A DNA stretch of 64,000 nucleotides from Tubulanus polymorphus (Eukaryota; Animalia; Nemertea). Made by a program: the position numbers and the translations under genes. Under the pieces are notes generated by a model that searched no databases, was not told the DNA's origin, and worked only from the letters and a program-made list of their open reading frames with translations. The stretch is taken from assembly GCF_964204645.1 (NCBI RefSeq), contig NC_134028.1, positions 14,143,653-14,207,652 on the forward strand, written 5' to 3'. This document shows, in pieces, positions 36,170 through 48,021 of the stretch. Positions within the stretch are counted from its first letter, which is position 1, and every line of letters begins with the position of its first letter.

Positions 36170-36740
36170 ATGTCAAAGAAATCGAGTGAAAATAGTATTG
36201 ATATTAAAAGACAATTGAGGATTTAGGTATTACTGGCAATAATGATACAGTTGTTTCTAATTGTGCTCAAAATAATAATAATATTGATTATGAATTCTAT
36301 TTAACATGTAAGCACCATCCAGAATTACTAATTGCTAGCGGAAAGTGTAATGAATTTCTCAGTAAAATTATAGCTTATCAAGAATTAGATAATATGAAAC
36401 CAGATAAAGTAATCAAACATTTCAAAATATATGAAGAAGCTAGATTAGCTAGAATAAAGGATTCTATAAGTGATAGAATAGTGAAATGTTACTCGAAGTT
36501 ATGTAACCGGATAAAACAAATTGATGACGGAAATAAATTATATAGTGATTTAAAAAATGATTATTTAGTTATGACAGAATGACAAAAATGGGTAGGTTAT
36601 GCTTCATTTCAATTAGAAGGAATTATGATATTAATTTCCACTGGAGTTATAACATTTTCTAATATCAAGCCTATAGAATATAAAGATAAAAATAAATCAG
36701 AAAATATTGAATCTATTGAAAAATTAACTAAAATAAATGA
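36170..36740 (+). pseudogene. Homolog of 28900-29454
   Basis: FKIYEEARLARI...LYSDLKNDYLVMTE; stops and frameshift. Confidence 0.8.
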
Positions 36741-37072
36741 GTGATGATACTAAGAAAAAGCCTAGATCTGAAAAACAAATTGCATCGTCAAAGCAATTAG
36801 GTGAAAGATCTGCAGAGTTAGAAAAAGCTAAGAAAGAGAAATTAGCTGTTATAAATGAATCATCCGTTATTGATTCGAATGATAATCCATCTAATACTGG
36901 AAGAAATAATTACTTATATATTACAATTGGGTTAATCACAGTAGTTATATTTTTTGGCGTAACATATAAATTCAAATCTAATAATAATCATGATAATGAT
37001 AATGATGATAGAAGTGATGATTATAAACCTATTATACACGAAAATAAATCTAAATTATTATTAATGGATTAA
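36737..37072 (+). CDS. Single-TM protein, homolog of 29438-29791
   Basis: KKKPRSEKQI plus a TM segment. Confidence 0.75.
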   Translation: MSDDTKKKPRSEKQIASSKQLGERSAELEKAKKEKLAVINESSVIDSNDNPSNTGRNNYLYITIGLITVVIFFGVTYKFKSNNNHDNDNDDRSDDYKPIIHENKSKLLLMD

Positions 37073-37078
37073 AATTAG

Positions 37079-38163
37079 ATGAAAAAAGAACAGTATTTAA
37101 GAGATTTATATCATAACCCAGAGAGTGAAGTATCATATTCTAGTGTTTAAGAATTATAGGGTAAAATAGAATTTGATAAAGAAAATATATAAAATATAGT
37201 GAACTAAGATTATGGTTACAAAATCAACCCATGTATCAAATCCATAAGAAAATGGATAAAAATTATTTAACAATAAAAATTATTGTTTCATATATAGATC
37301 AACAATGGCAAGCAGATTTAATTGACATGAAGAACTTAGAGGAATACAATAAAGAATATTTCTGGTTATTAAATGTTATAGATATATTCAGTAGATACGC
37401 ATGGTCAATTCCAATCAAAAATAAAACTGGTATAGAAGTTACTAATGCATTTAAAAATATATTTAAAGAAGCTATCCCAGGAAAGATACAATTTGATGAA
37501 GGTAAGGAATTTTATAATAAACATTTAAAAAAACTATTTTCTGATAACGATGTAGAATATTTTTCAACACACTCAGATAAAAAAGCATCTATTATAGAAA
37601 GTTTTAATAAAACATTGAAAACTAGAATGTGGAAATATTTTACTGCAAATGAAACATATAAATATACCGATGTATTAGATGATTTAGTGAAAGGTTATTA
37701 CAATTCTAAACATAGTTCTATAAATATGAAACCTATACAAGCTAGAAAAGAAGATAATTCAGAAATAGTTTGGAATAATTTATGTGGAGTGTTTGTTACA
37801 CATGATTTTGGAGAACCTAAATTTAAGATTGGACAACACGTTAGAATATCTAAATATCGAAAAACATTAAAAGGTTATACTCCAAATTTTACTGAAGAAA
37901 TATTTAAAATTAAAAAGATAATATTAACTAAACCTTTTGTTTATAAATTAGTAGATTTAAAAGATGACGAAATATTAGGTTATTTCTATGAACAAGAATT
38001 ATCACTTGTACCAAATCCAGATGAAATAGAATACAAAATAGAAAAAGTATTGAAAACAAAAACTCTTAAAGGAAAAAAGTATTCTTTGGTGAAATATAAA
38101 GGGTATGATGATAAATTTAATGAATGGATTTTATCTAGTAAAATTAAAATAATAAATGAATAA
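37079..38163 (+). pseudogene. Polinton B1 RVE integrase with chromodomain
   Basis: WQADLID, QFDEGKEF, IESFNKTL and chromodomain; 5' end disrupted. Confidence 0.9.
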
Positions 38164-38710
38164 AGATTTCTTTATATTTGAACCACATAATATGTTAGTT
38201 ACTGGAGTAACCAACTGTGGTAAAACGTATTTCATATTAGATTTGTTAGAAACTATTTATAAGAATCATTTTGATAATATAATATTATTCTGCCCTACTT
38301 ATGAAATCAATAAAACATATAATAGAGATATGGTTAAGATAAAAAAGTTTATTATATTAGATCCTAAAACAGTGAAAGAAAATTTAGATAATTGTATTAA
38401 AATTGCAATTGATATTCACAAAGGTTCGAATACATTATTCATTATAGATGATTGTGCAAATTTACATGATTCAAAAGTTAGAGAAAGTGAGTTATGTTAT
38501 CCGGCTTTCTCAGAGAGACCTTTTCGTATAACAACTTGGGTTTTAAATCAAAAATATAATATAATTCAATTGTTAAAGATTTTAGAGAAAACATTAGATT
38601 TTAAGTTTTATTCTACAATTAAGATAGAAAATAAGATAAAATCCCACTTTTTACAGATTAAACGAATTTAAAAACCAGAATCTATTTATTCAATCAAAAA
38701 TATATAAAAG

Positions 38711-38752
38711 ACACGACGCTTCGATCTCACCCTAGAGATCATCGTCAGGTGT
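38711..38752 (-). ncRNA. Minimal type I hammerhead ribozyme of Penelope pLTR (GAAA core mutated to GAAG)
   Basis: Minus strand ACAC-CTGACGA-T-GATCTC(TAGGGT)GAGATC-GAAG-CGTC-GTGT. Confidence 0.75.
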
Positions 38753-39287
38753 AAGATATAGATTAAAAACAGGGGTATATATACAGAGGAGGACAGGTTA
38801 ATTGAGTAAATTGGTGAGTGAGTAAATAATTAGTGTTTGGCAAGGCATGAAGTAATATACTTAGAAAGAAGGGAATTATGTGGAGAAAAGCCATTATTTA
38901 AATTGGTACTAATATCTGAGTGACGAGTAATCAGGGCAGACTCAACTATGTTGCGTTTAGTGTAATTGCTGGAAGTATAAATAATTTCGGCTTTATCAAA
39001 ATTAAAACGATGACCAGTGTTCCAAACGTGATTGGCTACGCCACTAGCCGGGTTTTGATTTATTGTATCCTTTTTGTGTTCCGAAATTCGAGTTTTTAAA
39101 TCACGACCAGTTTCTCCAAAGTAAATTTTATCACAGCCAAAACAAGGAATTGTGTAAACTCCGCAGTCCAAAGGTTTAGGTTGATTGTTTTTAACCATTG
39201 ATTGTTTTTAAATTGGTTTAATCTGTAAATAGTGGGATTTTATCTTATTATCCGTTCACCACGTTTGAGTGTTGTTATCGTTCTATT

Positions 39288-41537
39288 ATGTTACCCACGG
39301 ATTTTAATTTGGCTTTGAAATTCTTATTCATAACCTTTCCTCATTTGATCTTTACTTTTCGAAAATACGAATCTGCTGCTTATAAAGCTCACAAATCCAA
39401 AGAAAACGTCATATTTTTTCAAAAATGTCTCCAGGAACCGGTTATTCCTAAATCTCTGAATTGGTTGAATAAATTCAAATCAGATCAACCATTTTCAAAT
39501 GAAGCAGCATCTCATCTAATACATTGCATTGTGGAGGCAAAAGAAACTACCAACACCAATTTCTATGAAATGCGACTAGCAGAACGTTTTCCAGACACCA
39601 TATACCTGATGGTTTCCTTTGGCACTCTCTTCATTGAGGCATCAAGAATCTTTGCGCGGCACATCGTCTTAAGGAAAAATTCGCATTTCTCTTCCATTCT
39701 GAATAAATTAATTGCCAACAGCCCTTGGACCAAATTTTGCGCTACTGATAATGTTGTCAATCTATCTTCGGCTAAATCAACCAAGACACCATTTGGAATA
39801 CCCTTCAACGTCAATCTAATCAGTTCTTTCCTCGGAGATTTTCGATTGCTCTCCATGAACTAAAATCCATCAAAACCATCCGCATCTCCAAGGCTAATAA
39901 AGGCGGCAAAATTGTTATTCAAGATTTGATCAATTACAATTCTAAAATGTTTGCTATTCTCGTTGATTCCAATTTCTACAAATCCATCAAAAACAACACT
40001 TTGAAAAAAATGCAATCAGCTTTTAATTTAGGTTTAAAAAACATCTCTAAGAAATTTCCTAACCATTCGGACTTCATCTTAAAATTTAACTATCGGCTTC
40101 CAAATCTTCCTTATGCTTATGGTCTTCCCAAAATTCATAAACCCAATTCACCTTTAAGACCGATCATTTCTAATATCAATTCTCCATCATATCGGCTCTC
40201 CAAATATGTAGCTAAAGTACTCTCCCCGGCTCTGGGTACTTTTTCTGATTCTCACATTCGGCACAATATGGATCATTTAGACAAACTCAAAAATCTCAAA
40301 CCTAATGGACAAAAATTTATATCTTTTGACGCTGTTTCCTTGTTCACAAATATACCATCGGAACCAACTCTCAATTTCTTAAGAAGAAAACTCCCGGACT
40401 CCAATCTTGTTCTCCCAATTCCCGTAGAATGTTTACTTGAACTTTTGGAACTCTGTACAACCGATCTAAATTTCCAATTCCAAGACAAATTCTATGAACA
40501 AATTTTCGGTTTCGCTATGGGTAACCCATTATCCCCCATTTTGGCTAATCTTTTCCTTGAACACTTTGAATCCGAAATTCTCCCTAAGTACGCTGGCTCT
40601 AAGCCTAACTTTTGGATTAGATATGTTGATGACATTCCGTGCTTAGTTTCTGATAATTTTGATCTTACCTCTTTTATCGACTTCATCAACTCCCAATATC
40701 CATCTTTGAAATTCACTTTTGAATGGGAACAAAATGACCAAATTCCGTTTTTAGATGTTCTAATTCACAATAAAATATCTCATTTGATTTTATCAGTCTA
40801 CCTAAACCTATCAACGCCGAGGCATACCTTCACTTCTTTTCGTTTACTGCTAAATCAATCAAAATTGGTCTCGCTCAAGGTCTCTTTCTCCGTGCACTAC
40901 GGATTTGCGATGAAACCTTCCTTTCGGCTGAATTTGAACATATATCCAACTCTCTTAGAAAATTGGCTTACCTTGATCACATTTTGAAAATCGCTATTTC
41001 TAAGGCTAAACGTACTTTCTTCAATTCTAAACCTCCAGAAAATAAAAAAAAACACATTTCAGAGTTCACTGTAGTTCCGTATGTACCTGTTTTGGAAAAG
41101 TTTCGTCACTCTCTCCCTTAATTGGATAAACAAATCATTTCACGTATGAAAACAAAATTAGTAAGACTTTGGTTAAAAACAATCAATCTAAACCTTTGGA
41201 CTGCGGAGTTTACACAATTCCTTGTTTTGGCTGTGATAAAATTTACTTTGGAGAAACTGGTCGTGATTTAAAAACTCGAATTTCGGAACACAAAAAGGAT
41301 ATAATAAATCAAAAACCGGTTAGTGGCGTAGCCAATCACGTTTGGAACACTGGTCATCGTTTTAATGTTGATAAAGCCGAAATTATTTATACTTCCAGCA
41401 ATTACACTAAACGCCACATAGTTGAGTCTGCCCTAATTACTTGTCACTCAGATATTAGTACCAATTTAAATAATGGCTTTTCTCTACATAATTCCATTCT
41501 TTCTAAGTATATTACTTCATGCCTTGCCAAACACTAA
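39288..41537 (+). pseudogene. Penelope-like RT/GIY-YIG polyprotein (frameshifted)
   Basis: ORFs 39288-39863, 39926-40987 and 41169-41537. Confidence 0.9.
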
Positions 41538-41615
41538 TTATTTACTCACTCACCAATTTACTCAATTAACCTGTCCTCCTCTGTATATATATACCCTGTT
41601 TTTAATCTATATCTT

Positions 41616-41651
41616 ACATCTGATCTCTAGGGTGAGATCGAAACGTCGTGT
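41616..41651 (+). ncRNA. Second hammerhead copy (deletion in the CUGAnGA core)
   Basis: ACATCTGATCTCTAGGGTGAGATCGAAACGTCGTGT; GAAAC intact, core shortened. Confidence 0.65.
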
Positions 41652-41939
41652 CTTATATATTTTTGATTGAATAAATAAATTCTGGTTTTTAAATTCGTTT
41701 AATCTGTAAATAGTGGGATTTTATCTTATTATCCGTTCACCACGTTTGAGTGTGGTTATCGTGGTTATCGTTCTCCAATAAAGATAGAAAATCAATGCAA
41801 CAATCATTGGAAGAAAATCATATTATACCTACTGAATTACATGATGAATATATGAATAAATTAAAAAGTAATAAAGGTTCAAAATTATTACTGAGACTAC
41901 AATTTCCTTATGAATAGAAATTTATAAAATACCTATTTA

Positions 41940-42265
41940 TATATCTATGTACGAGACGTACGAGTAAGAAACCAAGATTCTTGCCAAGAAATTAAGAAAG
42001 TAAGAATTCTTGGATTCTTACTCGTACCTCTCGTACTTGGGTATATGAATTAGTTTTGTAATAATTAAAAATATAAAAACGAATAAATGTTTTCACTTAA
42101 TTAAATAAAAATAGATTATATTATAACTATTTCTATACTTAGATAAATAATTTACATTTTTAATTTTGAAAAACTAATTTACATATCTAATTACGAGACG
42201 TACGAGTAAGAAAGTAAGAATTCTTGGATTCTTGGATTTTTACGTACGTCTAGTACATAGATATA
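41940..42265. repeat. Palindromic repeat cluster downstream of the B1 ATPase
   Basis: GTACGAGACGTACGAGTAAGAA direct and inverted copies. Confidence 0.75.
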
Positions 42266-45200
42266 TTAATCATTCTAATTTTGTTTCTGATATGTTTATA
42301 AAATCATCTTTGTTTATATCTAATTCATAATAATGCTTAGGTAGATTTATCAATTTTAGTTGAACCATCAGATTATGATAATTAGTATGTATCATACCTT
42401 CTTCTCTTAATTTTTCAAAGTATTCATCAAAATAGAAATCAAAATGATATCCAAAATTTTTTATAAGATAACTTAAATCTATTTTTCTAAAATATAATAA
42501 TTTATATATTTGTTTAGGATTATCTTCTGCATAAGCTAATAATTTATCAAATAACAACTTATAGAATATATAATATTGTTTAGTTTTAGTGATGCAGCGG
42601 AACTAATAAGGAACATTTTGATATATAACATGACCATAGTACACTATCCCTGATGGAATAATAAGCTCCACTCGACAAACTCGTTCCCGTGTATTTTTAT
42701 CTCTGTTTCAGCACACATAACAACTATGGCGGCTTTTCGAGGTGCATGATGGGAGTGTAAATTACGGATTCGAACTTAAACTTGGTGCCAATGCAGATAT
42801 TAATCTTGTTTCAAATTATTAAGGTTAAAATTGACCAAAATATATGCGTTTTATCAACAAGAAAATCACATTTAGAGTAATTTTAGAGAGACATATTGAA
42901 TTTTCACATCGTATTAATTTAGTCCGTATTGGAAATCCTGATAGTGGCAATCAATTCAATTCAAATCAAATCAATAAATTCTCCGGTTCGCGATTTAAAT
43001 CATCAAAAAATTTATTATAAATCACGTTTTCAAAGTCAACAAGGTAACTAATTTATTTATTTTAGTACAAAGGTTTGATTTGACACTAAAATCAGTTGTT
43101 GCATTGCAATTAACAGGAGTTAACCTCTATATGATACTTTAGCGTCAGACGTTGTACGGAACCGTAACAACGACTGGTATTCAGACTACACACACACAGC
43201 CCCTCTACCATCAATGCCTAACCCCTGTTCGACCAACTGTGGGCGTTTTACTTTGAAACATAAGCCTAATTGTAAAAGATAAGCATTAATCTAAGTTAAT
43301 GCTGCATCTTTGTCATGAAACCTAAGAAAGATTATTCTATTATTTAGGCCTATTCAAATTTTCTGTCCACTACCACGTGGAAAAAAGACCCAGTCAAAAT
43401 TGTGCATCACGCTTTGACAATGAAATTGGTTCTAGGCTATAAATTTTACGACTCAAACGAATCTTTTCCTTAACAAAGCCGCTTTTAGTTTGAAGCAAAA
43501 TGTCATTTGCTTTTAAAATGTGTAATTAGGCCTAATCAAAAGGATACTTCAAAGGCAAACTTTGCCGGGCCAAGAGCCATATTGAATTCAATTTTTTCCG
43601 AACCATTATGCCTCTTTCATCATAACATTATTTATTCTATTTCAAGATCTTAGGCCTACAAGTAGAGAGAGGGCCTACGTTGGGTTCAAATCGGAATTTT
43701 AAGATTTATTTCATTTAAATCTAGGTTTTCACTGTAGATTATCAAAGACATGTGGCGTTGTGGGAGTTCATAGTTGTTTGATAATCCATCATTTGTAAGT
43801 GTAAGGCTATTTGAGGGATTCGAAACCGACATTTTGTAAATTTTGTAGCTTTATTACGTTTAATTCCAGATGTTTACCATGACACGTTTCATTTTGGGGG
43901 TTTGTCAGCGAGTTGGTATGCTGTCGGCAGAAGTAGTTTGATAATTCGTTCCATGTAAGTAAATAGCAATTTGAAGGATTCGAAACCGAAATCCGTATTG
44001 TGAATTTTTTAGTTGTATTTTGTTTGATTCTAGGTGTTTATCATGAATAGGACATGATTCATTTTGAGAGTTTGTCCGCGAGTTTGTATACTGTCAAATG
44101 AAGTTTCTTCGTCAATTTGACGTATGTAAGTATCAATCTATAGTTTATATATAAGGGGTTCGATACAGACATTTGGTGAATTCCTCAGATTTTATTTATT
44201 CCAGGTTGTCAGAAAAATATGTACTTTATTTCATAGGTTGGTCTTTGATTGAAAACTAAAAATGGATGATAGTTCTAAATTTGATGTTGATTCACATGAC
44301 CAATCTAGTAAGTATGGCTCACTCGTCTTTTAGAATAAGAGATCTATTGCATTAATCCTTCAATTCAAGTTGCTATACAACCTTTTATACAGATATTTAC
44401 CTTATCAATATAAACATGTATTTGCCATTAGCCATACAATTCAGTAAAACTTTTCCCATCCAGATTTTGAAACATCATTTGACTCAATTTTTCCTCCTAG
44501 CAAATTGCTTTAGCTCATTCCAATGTTCGCAGTAAAAGTGAATTGTAGCATGTATGATTCCCATCCATCAATTTTGTCTTGTTTCGTATTTTTAGCGAAA
44601 ATCTCGAAAAAGTCTGACGTCGCGGCAGGTGGTGGCCAGAAAAAGGAATATTCTTGGGAAATATTTAAAGACGCATGGCAAACACACTTATTGTTCACTT
44701 TTTTCCTATCCTTATTTTTAAACTGAAGTATTGTAATAAACTATTGATTTATTTTTGTTGATCAACGCAACTAGTTTTGTTGTTTTCTTTCTTAATTTAC
44801 ATTTGAATTGGATGGTCACCTTGCGTAGGAGTCTGTTTGTCATCGAAGCAATACAGTCTAACATGTTGACGTCTCAGATGCAGCGGGGCAGGGCGGTCAT
44901 TATATTGTGGACTTTTCCAAATTACACTTACACAGCCCAACGTGTTTCAGTGTGTAAACTCCGTCGTACTCCGCATTATAAGACAGTGAGGAATTGAGTT
45001 TTAGTCACTTCCTTCGGCTTGATTCGACCAAAAAGACCTTAACTGACTCCACAGAATTTGATTATGAGTCAAGGATTTTCTAAATTTCTGAATGCTTTCT
45101 CTGGTTTTAAGATCAATTCAAATTCAATCTTCAAAATATTTTTGTTGAAAGAAATTCTACTGAAGACAGATTTTGAAATGAAGGATATATCCAGGCAAAT

Positions 45201-46748
45201 AAATACAGCAAAATCAACTGATGATCATCAAGGTGAAGTTTTCATTCATCTTCGGCTAATTTGTCTACCCCTGATGATTGAAGCATTTTGGTTACTCGCG
45301 CCAATTAGTCAGCCACAGTCGATTTTCATACCATCTGACCTCTTTCCATCTGTAATTAAGCAATCAAATGTAAGAATTACTTAGATAAGGAGCGAAATAA
45401 TATATAGATATCTTAGGAGACTATTTGAAATCATGAGTTTGTTGTGAAAATCTATTACTACAGTCTCGTAGAGCATAGACACCAAGCCACGTGGCATTGG
45501 TATTTTAAGGGCTATTCAGTTTACTCCAAAACAAGTCAATGATTAACATTAAAAAAAGCTTCATATCAAGGGTATGTCGCAGGACTCGTGACGCCCATGA
45601 ATTACCATCCCATAATTACAATGAATCCAATTCTGCATGTACGTTAGCACGACTGAATACTAATCCAAATATTGCATTAAAAAAAAACAAATATAGCTGC
45701 TAAGCAGCGATGACGGGTTTTCTGTAAAGCCATTCAGAATGATGGGAATTGTAGTAGGCCTAAATTGAAATTTCGATACAAAGAATAAAATGCATTGACA
45801 GATTCGAACCTAATATGCAACCACTGTGTAAACGTCAAATATGATTCAGCTTTGAAACCAATCATACGCGGACGTACAGTCACAAATATTAATATATTTG
45901 ACCAGGTATTTATTTTGGCATTCAAACATCATGATACTGTATTATCACCATCCTTAAAAATGGATCTGTCCTATTAAGAAGTCATCTTAAGCACCTGCTG
46001 AGCCGATAGATTGAGTGAATTCACAGATAAGAACGTATTATGATTTAGAATAGATTTAAGAAGTTAATGTTTTTATTGAAATATTTGAATAAATACATAT
46101 ATTGTAGTGTAGATTCAATCAATAAATTATGAATTGATTTGGTCTGGGTTTCCGGCTGATGTTGATTTGGCTTTTATGGATTACAAATTCTATAGTAATA
46201 AACAATTGATACCTGCAACATGTGTGTAAATTAAACCTATTCCATTAGTTGCGTGTGTTTCCAAATAAACGGGAGAGTCACTCTTGATCTGAGTTATTAG
46301 AACAAGGGGTCCAAAACACCATGCCCACTTGGGAAGTGGTTCCAAATGCTCAACAATGTAACAATTCAGGTATCAAAGGTATAAGACATCCCTTTTCAAA
46401 GAATACCCATCAAAAATTGCAATGAGAAATGGCAAACTCAGAATTCGGGCCAAAATTGACATTTTTGGGCACTAAAAAAGGTCATAGCATGACCATCTTG
46501 AGTCCGTATCCCAATTTCTGTTATGCTGATGGGCCCAGGGGGCATTCGCATATATCCGAAAGATCAAGGTAATTGATCGAAGCATCTTCAAAATTTCCCT
46601 CAAAAAGTTAAAAAAATGTGTAAAAAGTGTTGATTTTGGAGAACAACAATGGCTGGCAATGGAACCAGAATTCTAGCCCGAGTTAAGCGAACTATTGATT
46701 CTGATATAATGTAAGAACTGATTTCCTTTGTGTACTCTTGCAGAATGT

Positions 46749-47080
46749 CATCCTCCCCCGGCAGCAGGGATTCGAACCTGATGGCATCGAGATTGCCACG
46801 GCACGAAACCCTGCCATAATCGACCATGTGCGCAGATACATGCGCAGTTCAGATGATGTGATATTTAGCCAATCAGAAATCCCGTTTTATTTTAGCCCGG
46901 GTTTTCCCATTTATAGTTCTTCCTTGAAATTTGCCTCAACGATTATACAACGAGCAATCTGATTGGTGCCGCCAGTTTTTGTTCAGAAAGCTGCGCATGT
47001 ACCTGCGCACCCGGTCTACTGATGCAGGGGTTCGTGCCGTGGCGATGCCATCAGGTTCGAGTCCCTGCAGAGGGAGAATG
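46749..47080. mobile_element. MITE with long imperfect TIRs and 9-bp TSD (Mutator-like)
   Basis: GCAGAATGT at 46740-46748 and 47081-47089. Arms GCAGGGATTCGAACCTGATGGCATCG / CGATGCCATCAGGTTCGAGTCCCTGC. Confidence 0.8.
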
Positions 47081-47346
47081 GCAGAATGTGTTATGTATTA
47101 TTTCAAGCTGTTAAATCATACAGTTAGACAAACATCCAATTATTGAATCTTTCTTGTTGACTCGTCTAATTTTGTGAGTTTAGAGTTCCAGTCAATCCAC
47201 AATGTGCAGTGCCTAGCCTTCATCTACACTAAAGCCATGCCTGTGTATGGGAAAATGTCGTTCGACTCCTATAAGCCAGACAAATCAAAGCATGCAATAC
47301 ATTGCAGATAGTAGTCTCCGGCAAGTTGAAAGAGAAAGTAAACCAG

Positions 47347-47756
47347 AGTAATAGGGGTAATAGGCTTTCAAATCAAAGGTCGAACGGTCGAGCTCATTAA
47401 AAAACAAAATATTAAAAGTAATTTAAAACTATAATATATTTTCATAACCGTGTGCATTTCATATTATAACTAAATATTTATTCTAAGATATTAATAATTT
47501 TAATTTTAAAAGCATATTGTATTAAATCAATTGGTCGCTCCGCTTCGCTACAAGCTCCGCTGCGCGACCAATTGATTTAATACAATACACAAATTCATAT
47601 AATCAAATACATTTTAATAATAATAATTATTCTATTATTCAACTGAAATGCACACGGTTATGAAAATATATTATAGTTTTAAATTACTTTTAATATTTGT
47701 TTTTAATGAACTCGACCATTCAACCTTTAACCTGAAAGCCTATTACCCCTATTACT
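47347..47756. repeat. 410-bp fold-back built from Polinton B-type termini
   Basis: AGTAATAGGGG...CCCCTATTACT with ~115-bp outer arms and an inner ~25-bp hairpin. Same termini as 7088-11388; no TSD. Confidence 0.85.
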
Positions 47757-48021
47757 CTTAAAATAATCATATACATGAATAACATTTAAATTGACAGATT
47801 ATTCAATATAAAAGTGTAAGCTCTTATAGAATAGATAGATAGATATATTTTAAACATTATTTCAATATTCATATTTGTATGAGTTAGATTTTTAAACATT
47901 AAAAGTGTTAGTAAAGTGTGATTGAAATAATACATGATATAAATCATTGAACTTCTAAAATCAATTTTAATAAAAAATTTAGTATTAAAATAAAAATAAA
48001 TTAAACAATAAAAGACCATAC

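Larger units (their letters stand above)
38633..41775 (+). mobile_element. Penelope-like retroelement (RT + GIY-YIG) with inverted 5' pLTR
   Basis: RT (YGLPKIHK, GFAMGNPLSP, RYVDD) and GIY-YIG endonuclease (GVYTIPC...YFGETGR). Inverted copy of the 3' end at ~38633-39205. ~17-bp TSD CAAT(T/A)AAGATAGAAAAT. Confidence 0.92.
38156..41917 (+). pseudogene. Polinton B1 A32-like ATPase interrupted by a Penelope element (38156-38632 + 41776-41917)
   Basis: GVTNCGKT and FIIDD. C-terminus NKDRKSMQQSLEEN resumes at ~41776. Confidence 0.88.

Noticed and set aside
38830-39198. Stand-alone GIY-YIG nuclease gene
   Set aside because: It is the inverted duplicate of the Penelope 3' end (41169-41537).
46765-47068. 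tRNA genes (GGTTCGAATCC T-loop motifs), also at ~30473
   Set aside because: No cloverleaf could be built. The motifs lie in MITE arms or the HINE.
44510-47146. Short ORFs in the inter-element region
   Set aside because: No recognisable motifs. They overlap repeats, including a possible further HINE starting near 45687 whose other end I could not locate.
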